A DNA stretch of 60,319 nt, the filler included. It is 4 parts of 4 records of this genome, joined end to end, with 100 filler letters (N's around TTAATTAATTAA, not from the genome) between each part and the next. Parts side by side here need not be neighbours in the genome. Positions count along the whole stretch, not along the records: positions 1 to 15,200 come from DRR378314_2636; positions 15,301 to 40,412 come from DRR378314_2646; 2 more parts are not named here. One strand, given 5' to 3'. Shown here piece by piece: positions 12,619-23,248 of this stretch (positions within the stretch are counted from its first letter, which is position 1; each line of letters begins with the position of its first letter). Below the pieces are notes generated by a model that ran no database searches, was not told where the DNA came from, and saw nothing but the letters and a program-made list of their open reading frames with translations. The position numbers and the translations under genes are program-made.

Positions 12619-15200
12619 GCAGCCGCACGGAGAGCGGACCGGTCAGTTCGCGAGAGCACCCTGTCTCCCCTGCAGGCGCGGTCGGGACCCGGGCTTCCCC
12701 CGCAGCAGCAGGTTCTACAACTAACCCCCATGATCCCCGTCCCACGACACATATGCAGTCCCTTTCAACTCGTCTATTCGTTAACTAATGAATCGCGTGG
12801 TTTTTTTGTGACAGGGATGAGAAACGTCGGCCCACAAGCAGCACGAGTCGATAATTTCGCTCTCGAGGGGGTTCAGCGTGGGGCTTTCACCCGTGACGCA
12901 GTCGCGCTCTCGAGCTCCGTGCACCCCGCGTCGCGCAACGCCGCGTCGCCGAAAATTACAGGGGTTTGGATCCTCCCAAGAACTCCTACAGTATTCCTTC
13001 AGATATAGAATTCTTCTTGTATCAGTTTCTGACTACATGCGATACAGGGAAAGGTAATACTCATGAAATTGTGAGGTATACAGGACGCTTCGCACACAGG
13101 CAAGCGGATCGCACGGCCCACCGTCGCCCGTGCAGCATAAAGGGCCAGGCTGGATTGTAAATACCGAGCAAAGTCTACTAGCACAGCATAAACCAAACAT
13201 TCACTCATCACTATTCTAAAGAATGGCCCGCAAGCTCATAATGTCGCAGTGATAATAGGTTTTTAACGCGAGATATACCGTATTGTGAGATATACGGTAC
13301 TTTGTTCGCCGCCTTTGGCGAGTACAAGCAGCAAACATTTCGCGCTTAAACTAGACCAGGTTGCAACGGAGTTTCCACCCGACAGCTAAGCAGCTCAGCA
13401 GCTCGGCTACTCGAATTTGCTGGAAGCAAGAGCTCATCGCACGCTCCGGAATATTTTTTGGCGCATTTGTCTCCAGTATATACTGCGAAACGGGCGTACC
13501 TACAAAGAGAAGAGAACATAGAAAAAGGGGGCTGCGTGTTGGTTGCATCCAGGCCGCCGTCTGCTGCAAGGTATTGACCAGGAAGCGTTCCGGCACTCGG
13601 AAATGGAGAGCCATTCGTCTCATGCTGTGGAATTAAGCAATCTTTCGGGACAGTTGGGGAAACGCGGCGAAATGATATTGCTGCGCGAGCTCGCGCATTC
13701 TTCGGCGCAGTGCAGCCCACCGGTAGGGAGAGCGCTGAGAGAAGAACGTACGAGAAGCCAGAGCGACCATTCTCCTGAGCGGATGTGCCCCTAGTGCGCC
13801 TTTGGCCGGAGCACGCCCTGGTGGATCTTTCACGCCCTCCCCTGCAGGTGCAAGTTTGGCGCGAACGCGCGCACTCTGCATTCAATAGATATACATCCGT
13901 CCCTGCCCAAACGGACCTGTCTGCATTTCTCTTCAAAGACTCGAACGACGAAATAAGAAAATAGCGGAGATAATAACGGGAATCGGTGCACCTCTAAGAT
14001 TGTACCAGGTATTCAAGTGAGGCACTTCATCAATAGGAGATAGAGCGGAGAGAACCTGCGCCAGGGGTAGACCTATGCGAGCGTAACGCTACCCTGTGCA
14101 CCCGGCCCGCATACATCCTCATGTGGTATTGATCTTACACTCGCTTCTCACAAAATTACTGGAGATCCTCCGTCCCTCAGGAAAGGAGCGATGCAAAAAC
14201 GCGAAAGCAGTCGTTGATTGCATGTTGGTGCCTCGTGCAGCAGATTCTGCCGCGCACCAGCGCCACGAATATCCGAGGTGGCGCAGAGCAATTAGCTTTA
14301 TGCTCTTTTTCGAGCTGTTGCGAATGATTTACAAGTATGAATGAAGAGACGAATCAAAGTACGAGCGTCTATGTATTCCAGAACAGTACCATAGGCACTT
14401 CCAGGGGCGAACACCGAGCGAAGGTGGCAAAACGGAATCTGCGGCGCCACCTCACCGCCAAGGCGCAAAGATACACCGCATGACGCCCGCAGATGAAAGC
14501 AATTCCAGTCATTCGTATTTCCTTTGGAAAGAAGATGAGCGTAACGAAAGGGTATATTACACACGCTACAACGGCACAGAGGAGCTGCCTTCAGAAGATC
14601 AACGAATCCCAAGTCAACACACTGGATACTCTCATGCGCTCAATACATACGGTGCTTCCATAGACCCGGGCAGGATCCGTGGGGAACAGACTAGATTCTG
14701 GTACGCGAGATGCTGTAGCAGAATACAGCACCCATCCCGAGAATCTCTACCGCCAATAAAATAACGGAGCGGAGAGTGAAGCACGCATACTGGCAGCAGG
14801 ATTTGCACAAACGATACGTGAAGCGCTATGCTTTGGGGGCCCTTGAAAGAAATCTCTCTGGATTTGGCCTCCATGACAACAGCAAGCTACAAGCTACGCG
14901 CCTCACGCCACCTCGACGTGTTTCGCATCTTGCCAGCCATGAAAATTCGCTTCTCTTTTCACTGCTTTATCTTTTTTGCTGTACCTTTGCGTTCATATAA
15001 TTTACAGGGGCACTAAGATATCTCCAGGTTCTCACGCATGTTTCCCTATGCAGGAGCTCAGAAACGAGAATGAGTTACGCCGCTTGTCGTTCCTTCGAAA
15101 CCAGAGGAACGGTGCTCGTGCTATGCGACACGTACGATATACTGTACCGCTTCTATTGATATACGAGCGGCGGCTATGGAGATTCTGCCAAGTGTTTCGC

Positions 15201-15300
15201 NNNNNNNNNNNNNNNNNNNNNNNNNNNNNNNNNNNNNNNNNNNNTTAATTAATTAANNNNNNNNNNNNNNNNNNNNNNNNNNNNNNNNNNNNNNNNNNNN
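15201..15300. other. Artificial contig linker
   Basis: N-run, TTAATTAATTAA (stops in all six frames), N-run; composition changes across it. Confidence 0.99.
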
Positions 15301-15440
15301 ATGGTTGAGACCATCCAAAACGGAAAATTTGAGCCATCCAATATTTCGTTGTACTAGGTTGTAGGTCAGTATTTTGCTATGCTCATTTTTTTATCGAAGG
15401 TGGTATATCATGCCCGTTTTTTGCACTGTAGGGATTAAGT

Positions 15441-16469
15441 CTATAAATAGCACTTATAATTTTCTGAATTTATGATATCTATCGGTAGAAAGCGTTTTTC
15501 TGGAAACTCCTTGTTAAAAAGAGAATTTTCAATAAGCTGTTTTAAAGAAAGTGAAGCCTGTAATCCAGGCGCTTGATGAATGAGAAATTGTATCCGACCG
15601 TTTTTTAGATATTCCAAGTTTTGTGGTAAGAGATCATATCCAATTACTATACTCTTTGATTTTATCATATCCAAACAGCGGGCAACTTCATAGGTTTTTG
15701 AGGTTGTAACAAAAAAGATATTGATTTTTAAGGTTTGAACCATATGGGTCACCGTTTCCGGAACGCTATCTAACTTTATGGATTTGATGCATATTTCATG
15801 CCTGGCCTGTTCATCTTTAAAAAAGGATTTGAATCCGTTTTCTTTTTCCCGAATGTGAGTAGCGTTATTGTAAGTTTCATCAATATGGATAAGCCCAATT
15901 TTGGATGGGGAGGAAAGATAGGTTGAAATAAGTTTGGCGCCAACTCGTCCGCTTAAATACAAATCTTGCCCCACATGGTGGCCCTGGTACTCTTGAGGAA
16001 GGCTATTAAAGGTTACGGTCCTGATACCCTTTGTATCCAAATCTTTTAGAATAGCTCGACTTTCCTTTTCGAAAAGCGGAACGAACAAAAATGCATTTGG
16101 ATTTTTTTTTAATAGCTCAAAACCTGTTTGGGCGAATACATCTGGTTTTGAAGGGTCAAAATAATTGACAGAGACTGTTATGTCAAAAGCGTCATATTCC
16201 CGCACCACCTCTTCAATCCCTATCTTGCACGGTAGCCAATAAGGATCTTTTTTGGGGTCGGGAACAAGTATACATATAAAATGGGTCTTATTGTTTTTGA
16301 GTGACCGGGCGAGCGGGTTGGGTTTATAGTTTAGTTCCCTAAGGGCCTCGTTCACCTTTTGAAGGGAATTCTTTGAAACCTTACCCCGGTTGTGCAGAAC
16401 CCTATCAACAGTTCCTATGGATACGTTGGCCACTTTGGCGATGTCCTTTATAGTGATTTTTTTTCCCAT
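15441..16469 (-). CDS. LacI-family transcriptional regulator
   Basis: N-terminal HTH TIKDIAKVANVSIGTVDRVLHNRG followed by a periplasmic-binding-protein-like sensor domain; ATG at 16469. Confidence 0.92.
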   Translation of the reverse strand: MGKKITIKDIAKVANVSIGTVDRVLHNRGKVSKNSLQKVNEALRELNYKPNPLARSLKNNKTHFICILVPDPKKDPYWLPCKIGIEEVVREYDAFDITVSVNYFDPSKPDVFAQTGFELLKKNPNAFLFVPLFEKESRAILKDLDTKGIRTVTFNSLPQEYQGHHVGQDLYLSGRVGAKLISTYLSSPSKIGLIHIDETYNNATHIREKENGFKSFFKDEQARHEICIKSIKLDSVPETVTHMVQTLKINIFFVTTSKTYEVARCLDMIKSKSIVIGYDLLPQNLEYLKNGRIQFLIHQAPGLQASLSLKQLIENSLFNKEFPEKRFLPIDIINSENYKCYL

Positions 16470-16504
16470 CCCCGACAAAGATATTTAAAATTGAGAGCGT
16501 TAAA

Positions 16505-16539
16505 TGTTAACGATAACACTTTTAGTGTGTACGTACACA
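16505..16539. promoter_or_regulatory. Tandem LacI-type operators
   Basis: Perfect 14-bp palindrome TGTGTACGTACACA (16526-16539) and imperfect TGTTAACGATAACA (16505-16518). Both are CG-centred and lie between the divergent LacI and symporter genes. Confidence 0.6.
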
Positions 16540-16659
16540 GTTTTTAATATATTGCATCCGTATTCATAGGGTGGGAACATTGTCCGTGATAAAGGAATGA
16601 AACCAATTTTGAGTTTGGTTTTCCATGTAGAGGCAGCCTTCCTAAAAAACACAATCGTA

Positions 16660-18471
16660 ATGATAGCACTTGAATTCTGGGATTACATCATCATATTTAG
16701 TTTTTTTGCCATTACCTTGGGTATAGGACTTTATGTGTCAAAAAGCTCAGGTAAGAGTAGTGCGGAATATTTTTTGTCGGGAAGGTCCATGCCCTGGTGG
16801 CTTTTGGGAATGTCCATGGTCGCCACCACCTTTTCGACAGACACCCCCAATCTTGTAACGGATATTGTTCGGACCAATGGGGTGTCTGGTAACTGGGTCT
16901 GGTGGGCATTTTTGCTTACTGGGCTGCTGACGGTTTTCATTTATGCGCGGCTTTGGAGAAAATCCAATGTGAACACCGATCTTGAGTTTTATGAGCTTCG
17001 GTATGGAGGTGCTCCAGCTCGATTTTTGAGGGGGTTTAGGGCGGTGTACCTTGGCGTCATCTTTAATGTAATTACCATGTCGGCTGTTACCCTCGCAGCC
17101 ATTAAGGTCGGAGGTATTATGCTTGGCTTGGAACCTTGGCAAACAGTGGTTTCCGCGGGGCTGATCACAGTAATCTTTAGCGCGGTAGGAGGCTTCAAGG
17201 GAGTGGTCTACACGGATTTTATATTGTTCTTTGTGGCCATGGCAGGGGCGGTAGGTGCTGCCTATTACTTGGTAAACATTCCCGAGGTAGGTGGTCTTGA
17301 AGCAATGTTCTCCAATGAAGATGTAAAATCTAAACTGAGCATTTTACCTGATTTTGACAATGCTGATTCATGGGTTCCCCTTTTGGTAATTCCACTTGCG
17401 GTTCAATGGTGGAGCTCTTGGTATCCTGGCGCTGAACCAGGCGGTGGGGGATATATCGCACAGCGAATGCTTTCGGCCAAAAACGAGAAACATGCCATTG
17501 CGGCCACCTTCTTTTTTAATATCATGCACTACGCCGTGCGCCCATGGCCATGGATTTTGGTGGCTCTGGCCTCTTTGGTGGTATTTCCGGATTTGGAAAG
17601 CCTTCAGCAAGCCTTTCCTATAATAACAGATGATAAACTAGGACACGATTTGGCCTATTCTGCAATGCTTACCAAGCTTCCTGTAGGATTATTGGGCTTG
17701 GTCATGGCCTCTTTGGTAGCCGCCTATATGTCAACCATCTCCACCCAGCTCAATTGGGGTTCTTCTTATATAGTCTATGACTTTTATAAACAACGAGTCA
17801 ATCCGGATGCGTCGGAGAAACAATTGGTCTTGGTTGGGCGGATGTCCACCGTGGCATTGATGATCATAAGCGCACTGTTGGCCTTGGCCTTAAAGAATGC
17901 GTTGCAACTTTTTGAGGTGCTGCTGGTATTTGGAGCGGGTACTGGACTGATTTTTATCCTACGTTGGTTCTGGTGGCGGATCAATGCTTGGAGCGAGATT
18001 ACAGCGATGTTCGTGTCAGGCATACTTTCACTGATTTTTAAACTAACGCCATTTGGAGCCTATCTTTTTAATAGGCAAACAGGATTGTTGCCCAGTTGGT
18101 CCGAATATATCATGGTGGTACTGGTGACCACCACTGCTTGGTTGATAGTTACCTATGCTACACCCCCGGAAAGGAAGAGTGTGCTTTATGACTTTTATAG
18201 AAAAACAAAGCCAGGAGGGCCAGGCTGGAAAAAGATTGTGGCACAAAGCAAAAAAGAAGGTGCTGATGTCGGAACTACTGAAGGATGGAGCGTTCCAAGC
18301 GGCATATTGGCCATGTTGGTTGGTTCTATCATGATTTATAGCTGTTTATTTGCTGTGGGTTATTGGATTTATGGTCGATGGACGTTGGCTATTGTATTGA
18401 CCCTGGCTGCTTTTATATCTGGAGGTGGTTTGCTCTTGTTGTGGAATAAAATAAAACAAATTGTAAAGTAA
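16660..18471 (+). CDS. Sodium:solute symporter (SSS family)
   Basis: Highly hydrophobic ORF with EYFLSGRSMPWW, SMVATTFSTDTP and YIAQRMLSAK motifs; ATG 16660 preferred over 16597. Confidence 0.9.
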   Translation: MIALEFWDYIIIFSFFAITLGIGLYVSKSSGKSSAEYFLSGRSMPWWLLGMSMVATTFSTDTPNLVTDIVRTNGVSGNWVWWAFLLTGLLTVFIYARLWRKSNVNTDLEFYELRYGGAPARFLRGFRAVYLGVIFNVITMSAVTLAAIKVGGIMLGLEPWQTVVSAGLITVIFSAVGGFKGVVYTDFILFFVAMAGAVGAAYYLVNIPEVGGLEAMFSNEDVKSKLSILPDFDNADSWVPLLVIPLAVQWWSSWYPGAEPGGGGYIAQRMLSAKNEKHAIAATFFFNIMHYAVRPWPWILVALASLVVFPDLESLQQAFPIITDDKLGHDLAYSAMLTKLPVGLLGLVMASLVAAYMSTISTQLNWGSSYIVYDFYKQRVNPDASEKQLVLVGRMSTVALMIISALLALALKNALQLFEVLLVFGAGTGLIFILRWFWWRINAWSEITAMFVSGILSLIFKLTPFGAYLFNRQTGLLPSWSEYIMVVLVTTTAWLIVTYATPPERKSVLYDFYRKTKPGGPGWKKIVAQSKKEGADVGTTEGWSVPSGILAMLVGSIMIYSCLFAVGYWIYGRWTLAIVLTLAAFISGGGLLLLWNKIKQIVK

Positions 18472-18725
18472 AGATTTGAATTCAGATTTAGCAAATCCCT
18501 TTTGATGATCCGATAAAAGCAGGGTGCCCTGTTCCAATGGAAGATATCTGAACGATGGTTTTTTCTATGGTAATTTTAATGAGAAAGCTAAATTATGGTA
18601 CTTGTTGTAAGAATCAAACAAGTATAGATTAGCGACTCAATGTAACAGAACCTTTGAAGGAGTTTTAATTGTTCACGGTTTTAAAACCTTACGACCCCGG
18701 AAGTAAAAATAGGTGCAACGCAAAA

Positions 18726-18767
18726 AAATAAGGGGCGGAGTTCTTTAAAGAATTCCGCCCCTTATTT
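18726..18767. terminator. Bidirectional rho-independent terminator
   Basis: AAATAAGGGGCGGAGTTCTTT/AAAGAATTCCGCCCCTTATTT inverted repeat between convergent genes. Confidence 0.8.
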
Positions 18768-18810
18768 AAATTACCCCGGTCAAGCTGAATGCTATGGTTG
18801 AAAGTGGGAA

Positions 18811-20415
18811 TCAATAACAATACACCTCTGCCAAAGAGGCAAATTGTTGCCCATCATGCGAAGACTTACATATCAGTTCAAAGTACCTAAAGGAAGTAGG
18901 GTTCTCCAATTGAATGTTCTGAGCCGTGTTGATATTTGCTAGATCGTAATTGCCTATACTCTGCCAAGTCTCGTTGTCATCACTTACCCGTATTTCAAAG
19001 CTTTTGATTGATCTGGAAAGGTTTTCCCGTTGTACAAAGGTAAATCCGCTGGTAGTAATGCTATTTCCTGTGTCAACGATGATACTATGCGGGTATTCGT
19101 TGTCTGTGCAGGCAGCTTGCCAACAAGAGTGCCAGTAGGTTTCCGAATTTCCATCCAATATGTCCGAGGCCCTACCGGTATTGCCCTCACCTCCTGAATC
19201 TTCTTGGGAACTGTAGCTCAAAATACTCCAATCTGCCCTGTCCAAATAGTCTTTTTTGCCAAATCCGAATATCGGTACCCCATCCCTGAACTCATATAAA
19301 TACGAAACTCTGGAAATATCGCCATTCGAATGATTCAGCAGTAATCGAAGTACATATTCGGTATTTTGTTTTTTATATAGTTCCGCTATTGGCATCGCTA
19401 TGTCAAATTCATTGTTTTCTACTACGGCCATCCAACTTACCGCATCATAGTCTGCATCGTCATCGGCCGGATCGTTATATATGCTGATACTGGTAATGGG
19501 CACATCGGTGATCAGGTTGCCAGAGATATTGATGTTGCCATTTGCATAAGAGGCCTGTAATCCTTCTATTTTCCCGGATGCACCAGTATAATATACGCTA
19601 TTATTTTGGTTGAACACCTGATTGTTTGCCAGTATGGCAGAGCTCGCTGGGGTTAAAAAAGTAGGCTTGCTACCATAGGTATAATTGCCTGAGCCCATTA
19701 ATGCCGTACCAAAATCCGGGCTGTTTGTTTGGGAGGCCATTTCCTTATTGTGCGGTAGATTGAGACCGTGCCCCAACTCGTGCAACAATCCACCAATGTA
19801 TGTGGTGGCCAACGAACTCAATTCAGAGCTGCCACCCAGATATTGGATATCCATGTCGTCATAATCGGTTGCAAAGCACCATTTTCCCAACCCGTAATAT
19901 GGTGCATCGCTGTTTTGGGGATCGGCGACAGGGCTCAGCACCAATATGTGATCACTGGTCTTTTTGGATGGGTTTTCCAAATAAAATGCTTCGATTTCCT
20001 CGATCATTTTAACACCTCCGCCCTCATAAGGGTATGCAGAAGCGTTTAGTTTTCCTTCCACATAATCAATCTTGACCCTGTCTTTCTCTTTATCCACCAA
20101 AAGATTGAAAGTTTTGTTCCCAAAACCATTTCTAACCATTTCCTTACGGTAAAACTCCTGACCATTCAGAAGGATTTCGCTGAGCCTTCTATGTGAGTCA
20201 CTTCTGGCGGTCGCACCTTTGGGGATAAAATAGACAATGTTTAAATTGTAAGTGGCCGAGGATGTGTAGTTGAATGTTTCTTCCGTTGGAGAGGGATTTT
20301 CTTGTGCTTCTCCATCAATTTCGTTGATTTTGTTTTCTTCTACTTCTTTTGAGCAACTTATCACCGAGAATAGTAGTGTCAATGTAAGCAGTTGGTATAA
20401 AGTGTATTTGGTCAT
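18811..20415 (-). CDS. Lipoprotein: metzincin-type Zn metallopeptidase plus C-terminal F5/8 type C (CBM32-like) domain; candidate O-glycopeptidase
   Basis: Lipobox VISC, zinc motif HELGHGLNLPH, Met-turn ALMG, and a C-terminal discoidin motif (ILDGNSETYWHS...FASLAEV). Confidence 0.75.
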   Translation of the reverse strand: MTKYTLYQLLTLTLLFSVISCSKEVEENKINEIDGEAQENPSPTEETFNYTSSATYNLNIVYFIPKGATARSDSHRRLSEILLNGQEFYRKEMVRNGFGNKTFNLLVDKEKDRVKIDYVEGKLNASAYPYEGGGVKMIEEIEAFYLENPSKKTSDHILVLSPVADPQNSDAPYYGLGKWCFATDYDDMDIQYLGGSSELSSLATTYIGGLLHELGHGLNLPHNKEMASQTNSPDFGTALMGSGNYTYGSKPTFLTPASSAILANNQVFNQNNSVYYTGASGKIEGLQASYANGNINISGNLITDVPITSISIYNDPADDDADYDAVSWMAVVENNEFDIAMPIAELYKKQNTEYVLRLLLNHSNGDISRVSYLYEFRDGVPIFGFGKKDYLDRADWSILSYSSQEDSGGEGNTGRASDILDGNSETYWHSCWQAACTDNEYPHSIIVDTGNSITTSGFTFVQRENLSRSIKSFEIRVSDDNETWQSIGNYDLANINTAQNIQLENPTSFRYFELICKSSHDGQQFASLAEVYCY

Positions 20416-20577
20416 TCTTTCAAATTTTGATGGTTTATATGATGCTATGTTCCCTTTTCATTACTAAAGAAGCACATGGCGTTATGTTTTATTTTTTTTG
20501 GGAATGGGCATAAAAAGTGCACCGTCAATCCAAACTAAACCGTTTGGTGACGTTAATGCTCAATTGGATTTTAAGGG

Positions 20578-21336
20578 TTAGACTTGAATCAGTTTCACAT
20601 TGATTTTTTCGATGGCTTCCACATGTTCCGGGGCAAGGTCGGTATCCGTGACAATAGTGTTTATCTTGTCAAGGGAACAAATAAAGGCCAATCCCGACTT
20701 CTCAAATTTGGAGCTATCGGAAACCAAAATAATCTCGTCTGCGATATCGATCATAATCTGGTTCAAGTGGGCTTCTTCCATGTGATGGGTAAACACTCCT
20801 TTTTTCGGACGAATGCTATCCACACCCAAAAAAAGCTTGTCACATGACAGGTTCTTTAGGTTCCGTTCGGCCATGGGACCTACCAAGGACATCGAAAATT
20901 CCTTGAGATAACCGCCGGGCATAAAGACCTCCAGGTTTTTCTGTGGTGCTAGGTTGTTGACAATGTCGAGGGCATTGGTAATTACGGTCAGGTTCTCAAA
21001 CTTTTGCAAATAATTTGATACTTCGAAAGTGGTTGTCCCTGAATCCAAAATAATGGTGTCATTGTTCTGGATCAAGGAAGCGGCCATTTTTCCAATTCTC
21101 GTTTTTGATTCGATGTTCAGCTTTTTCTTTTGACTTAGGGTGAGCGCAATGCTATTGGATTTAAAGGCTCCTCCATGGGCTCGAACCAAAAGATTGTTTT
21201 TTTCCAATTTATCCAGATCGTTTCGTATGGTGACCACACTTACGTCCAATAATGTGCTAAGTTCGTTAACGTTTACTTGGCCCTTCTTGTCCAATTCTTC
21301 CAAAATTTTAGAACGGCGGTAAGCGGTGGTTTTCAT
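20578..21336 (-). CDS. agaR: DeoR-family regulator, AgaR-like
   Basis: HTH VSVVTIRNDLDKLE, RAHGGA, IILDSGTT; located in an aga-type cluster. Confidence 0.8.
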   Translation of the reverse strand: MKTTAYRRSKILEELDKKGQVNVNELSTLLDVSVVTIRNDLDKLEKNNLLVRAHGGAFKSNSIALTLSQKKKLNIESKTRIGKMAASLIQNNDTIILDSGTTTFEVSNYLQKFENLTVITNALDIVNNLAPQKNLEVFMPGGYLKEFSMSLVGPMAERNLKNLSCDKLFLGVDSIRPKKGVFTHHMEEAHLNQIMIDIADEIILVSDSSKFEKSGLAFICSLDKINTIVTDTDLAPEHVEAIEKINVKLIQV

Positions 21337-21416
21337 ATCGAATGTTTCTTTATTGTATTGGTTTGGCCTATAAAGATATGGCTATAATAAAAATGAATTG
21401 AATTTTTTAGTAGTTT

Positions 21417-22421
21417 CTATGGTTGATTAGAATTTGTGTTAAGATAAGTCTTCATTGCGTTGCTATAGAATATTTTATCCAACACCTCTTCCGGTAAGTT
21501 TAAACCCTTGAAATTTCCTGAAAATTCAGGAGCCTCCATTTTGTTGTTGGTCGCGAAAAACTCCCAATGAAACTTCCATAACCCTTCAACCTTTTTGGCA
21601 AATTCCTCCCCCGATTGGCTTCCGTCATCAATAGCATCGGTTCCATAAATAATACGATCTTGGTACTGCATGAAAAAATTCCTGACAGAAGACCAATTCT
21701 TCTTGGCTGCTAATTGCACATGACAGATTCTTTCGGCCAAATCGGTCATTAACAGAGGGTGCTCATCAAGTCTTTGGGCAACTTCATAAAGGCTCCATTC
21801 CAAGCTTAGCAGATGAAGACCCACAAAACGGAGTTTTGGAAACTTTTTCAATAAACGGTCCCTTGCTATTATCTGTTGCTGATAAGAAGGATAGTCGGGG
21901 TTGTTGTACATATGGAATCTTGGATGTGCTTCGAAATAATCTCGATCCGATTGTACTGACATTTCCTCCAAGGGCAACCAACAATTTTTAGGTTCTCCCT
22001 GATGTCCAATAATTAGAATGTCGTTGGCAATGGCATATTCAAATATTGGGTCTAGGGCATCATCATCAACCATGAGAAACGAACCGTCCTCTTTCTTAAG
22101 GGCTGCATCCATACCTATGTTCTTCCATATTTTGATACCCTTGGCACCTTTGGCAATACCATCTTTTATCTGGTGCAATGCTCCGTCTATCCAGTCATTG
22201 TCACCCCATTTTTGGGTAGAAAAAGAGCACATATGATGTAAACCCGGATCCGCATCTTTTTGGAGATGTTGAACGATCTGTTCCTGCTCTTCCAAAGAAG
22301 GAAACGAAGGGGCCTCTGTGTTTATGGAAAGGCAATGTGCATTGTATGCATTGGCAAGTTGAATTTTCTCTTTGCTTTTGGAGTTCCAATGTACGTGTGC
22401 ATCAAAGAATCGTTGCTGCAT
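21417..22421 (-). CDS. Amidohydrolase-superfamily (amidohydro_2-like) protein
   Basis: DAHVH metal motif, GIKIWK, RIIYGTD, KIFYSNA. Confidence 0.8.
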   Translation of the reverse strand: MQQRFFDAHVHWNSKSKEKIQLANAYNAHCLSINTEAPSFPSLEEQEQIVQHLQKDADPGLHHMCSFSTQKWGDNDWIDGALHQIKDGIAKGAKGIKIWKNIGMDAALKKEDGSFLMVDDDALDPIFEYAIANDILIIGHQGEPKNCWLPLEEMSVQSDRDYFEAHPRFHMYNNPDYPSYQQQIIARDRLLKKFPKLRFVGLHLLSLEWSLYEVAQRLDEHPLLMTDLAERICHVQLAAKKNWSSVRNFFMQYQDRIIYGTDAIDDGSQSGEEFAKKVEGLWKFHWEFFATNNKMEAPEFSGNFKGLNLPEEVLDKIFYSNAMKTYLNTNSNQP

Positions 22422-23244
22422 TATCTAAATTTTTTACCATTTTTAATTTCTGCTTCACCAGTTCGGTCACTTCATGGGTTGCTACTGGGAAAACTTTTCT
22501 TAAATCGATTTCTTCATTATTGACAAGCTCTTGCTGTAATTGCTTAATAAAGGTATTCTTGATCTCGGTAGCTAAATTGATTTTGCAAATACCCTTCGTG
22601 ATGGCTTCCTGTACCTGTATGTGGGGAACTCCCGAACTTCCGTGAAGTACCAAGGTGGCTGGGGTAGCTGCTGCAATTTCTTCCAATAGCGCCAGCTGTA
22701 GTTTAGGTTCACTTTTGTAAAAACCGTGTGCAGTGCCAATGGCTATGGCGAGAGCATCCACTTCTGTTTCCTCCACAAACTTTTTCGCCTCATGGGGCTG
22801 TGTAAAGCCAACCCCTTCGCTACTTTGGCCCAATTTGGCCACAAAGCCGAGCTCTGCTTCCACATGAGCTCCGTACTTTTTTGCAAGTTGGACGGCTTGA
22901 CGTGTAATCTTGATGTTTTCTTCGAACGGCAGTTCGCTACCGTCTATCATAACCGAATCAAAACCTGCATCCAAGCATTGCTGCACCAGATTTATGGAGC
23001 CTCCGTGGTCCAGATGTATCCATCCTTCGACACCAAATTGCTTCAGTCCCGTACGTCCAAGATTTACTGCGGTTTCCAATCCAAGATAGTCAATGGAACT
23101 CTGTGTAAGTTGTAAAATAATGGGCTCCTTTTCTTCCGAAGCTGCCCGCAAAACACCGTGCAGGGTTTCCACATTATAAAAATTAGTGGCCAACAACCCG
23201 CGCTTTTGATCGGTAAATTTTCTTAGTGTTTCTTTAATTCCCAT
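22402..23244 (-). CDS. Class II fructose/tagatose-1,6-bisphosphate aldolase
   Basis: IHLDHG, GFDSVMIDGS, VEAELG, AIGTAHG, LVLHGSSG and KINLAT motifs. Confidence 0.9.
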   Translation of the reverse strand: MGIKETLRKFTDQKRGLLATNFYNVETLHGVLRAASEEKEPIILQLTQSSIDYLGLETAVNLGRTGLKQFGVEGWIHLDHGGSINLVQQCLDAGFDSVMIDGSELPFEENIKITRQAVQLAKKYGAHVEAELGFVAKLGQSSEGVGFTQPHEAKKFVEETEVDALAIAIGTAHGFYKSEPKLQLALLEEIAAATPATLVLHGSSGVPHIQVQEAITKGICKINLATEIKNTFIKQLQQELVNNEEIDLRKVFPVATHEVTELVKQKLKMVKNLDNAATIL

Positions 23245-23248
23245 ATAA

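Noticed and set aside
13300-15200. Coding-looking fragments (e.g. 14480-14764, 14776-15000), possibly a decayed gene or retroelement
   Set aside because: The frames are interrupted and I could not recognise any family motif.
15245-15256. TTAATTAATTAA as a biological repeat
   Set aside because: Identical in all three N linkers; an assembly spacer.
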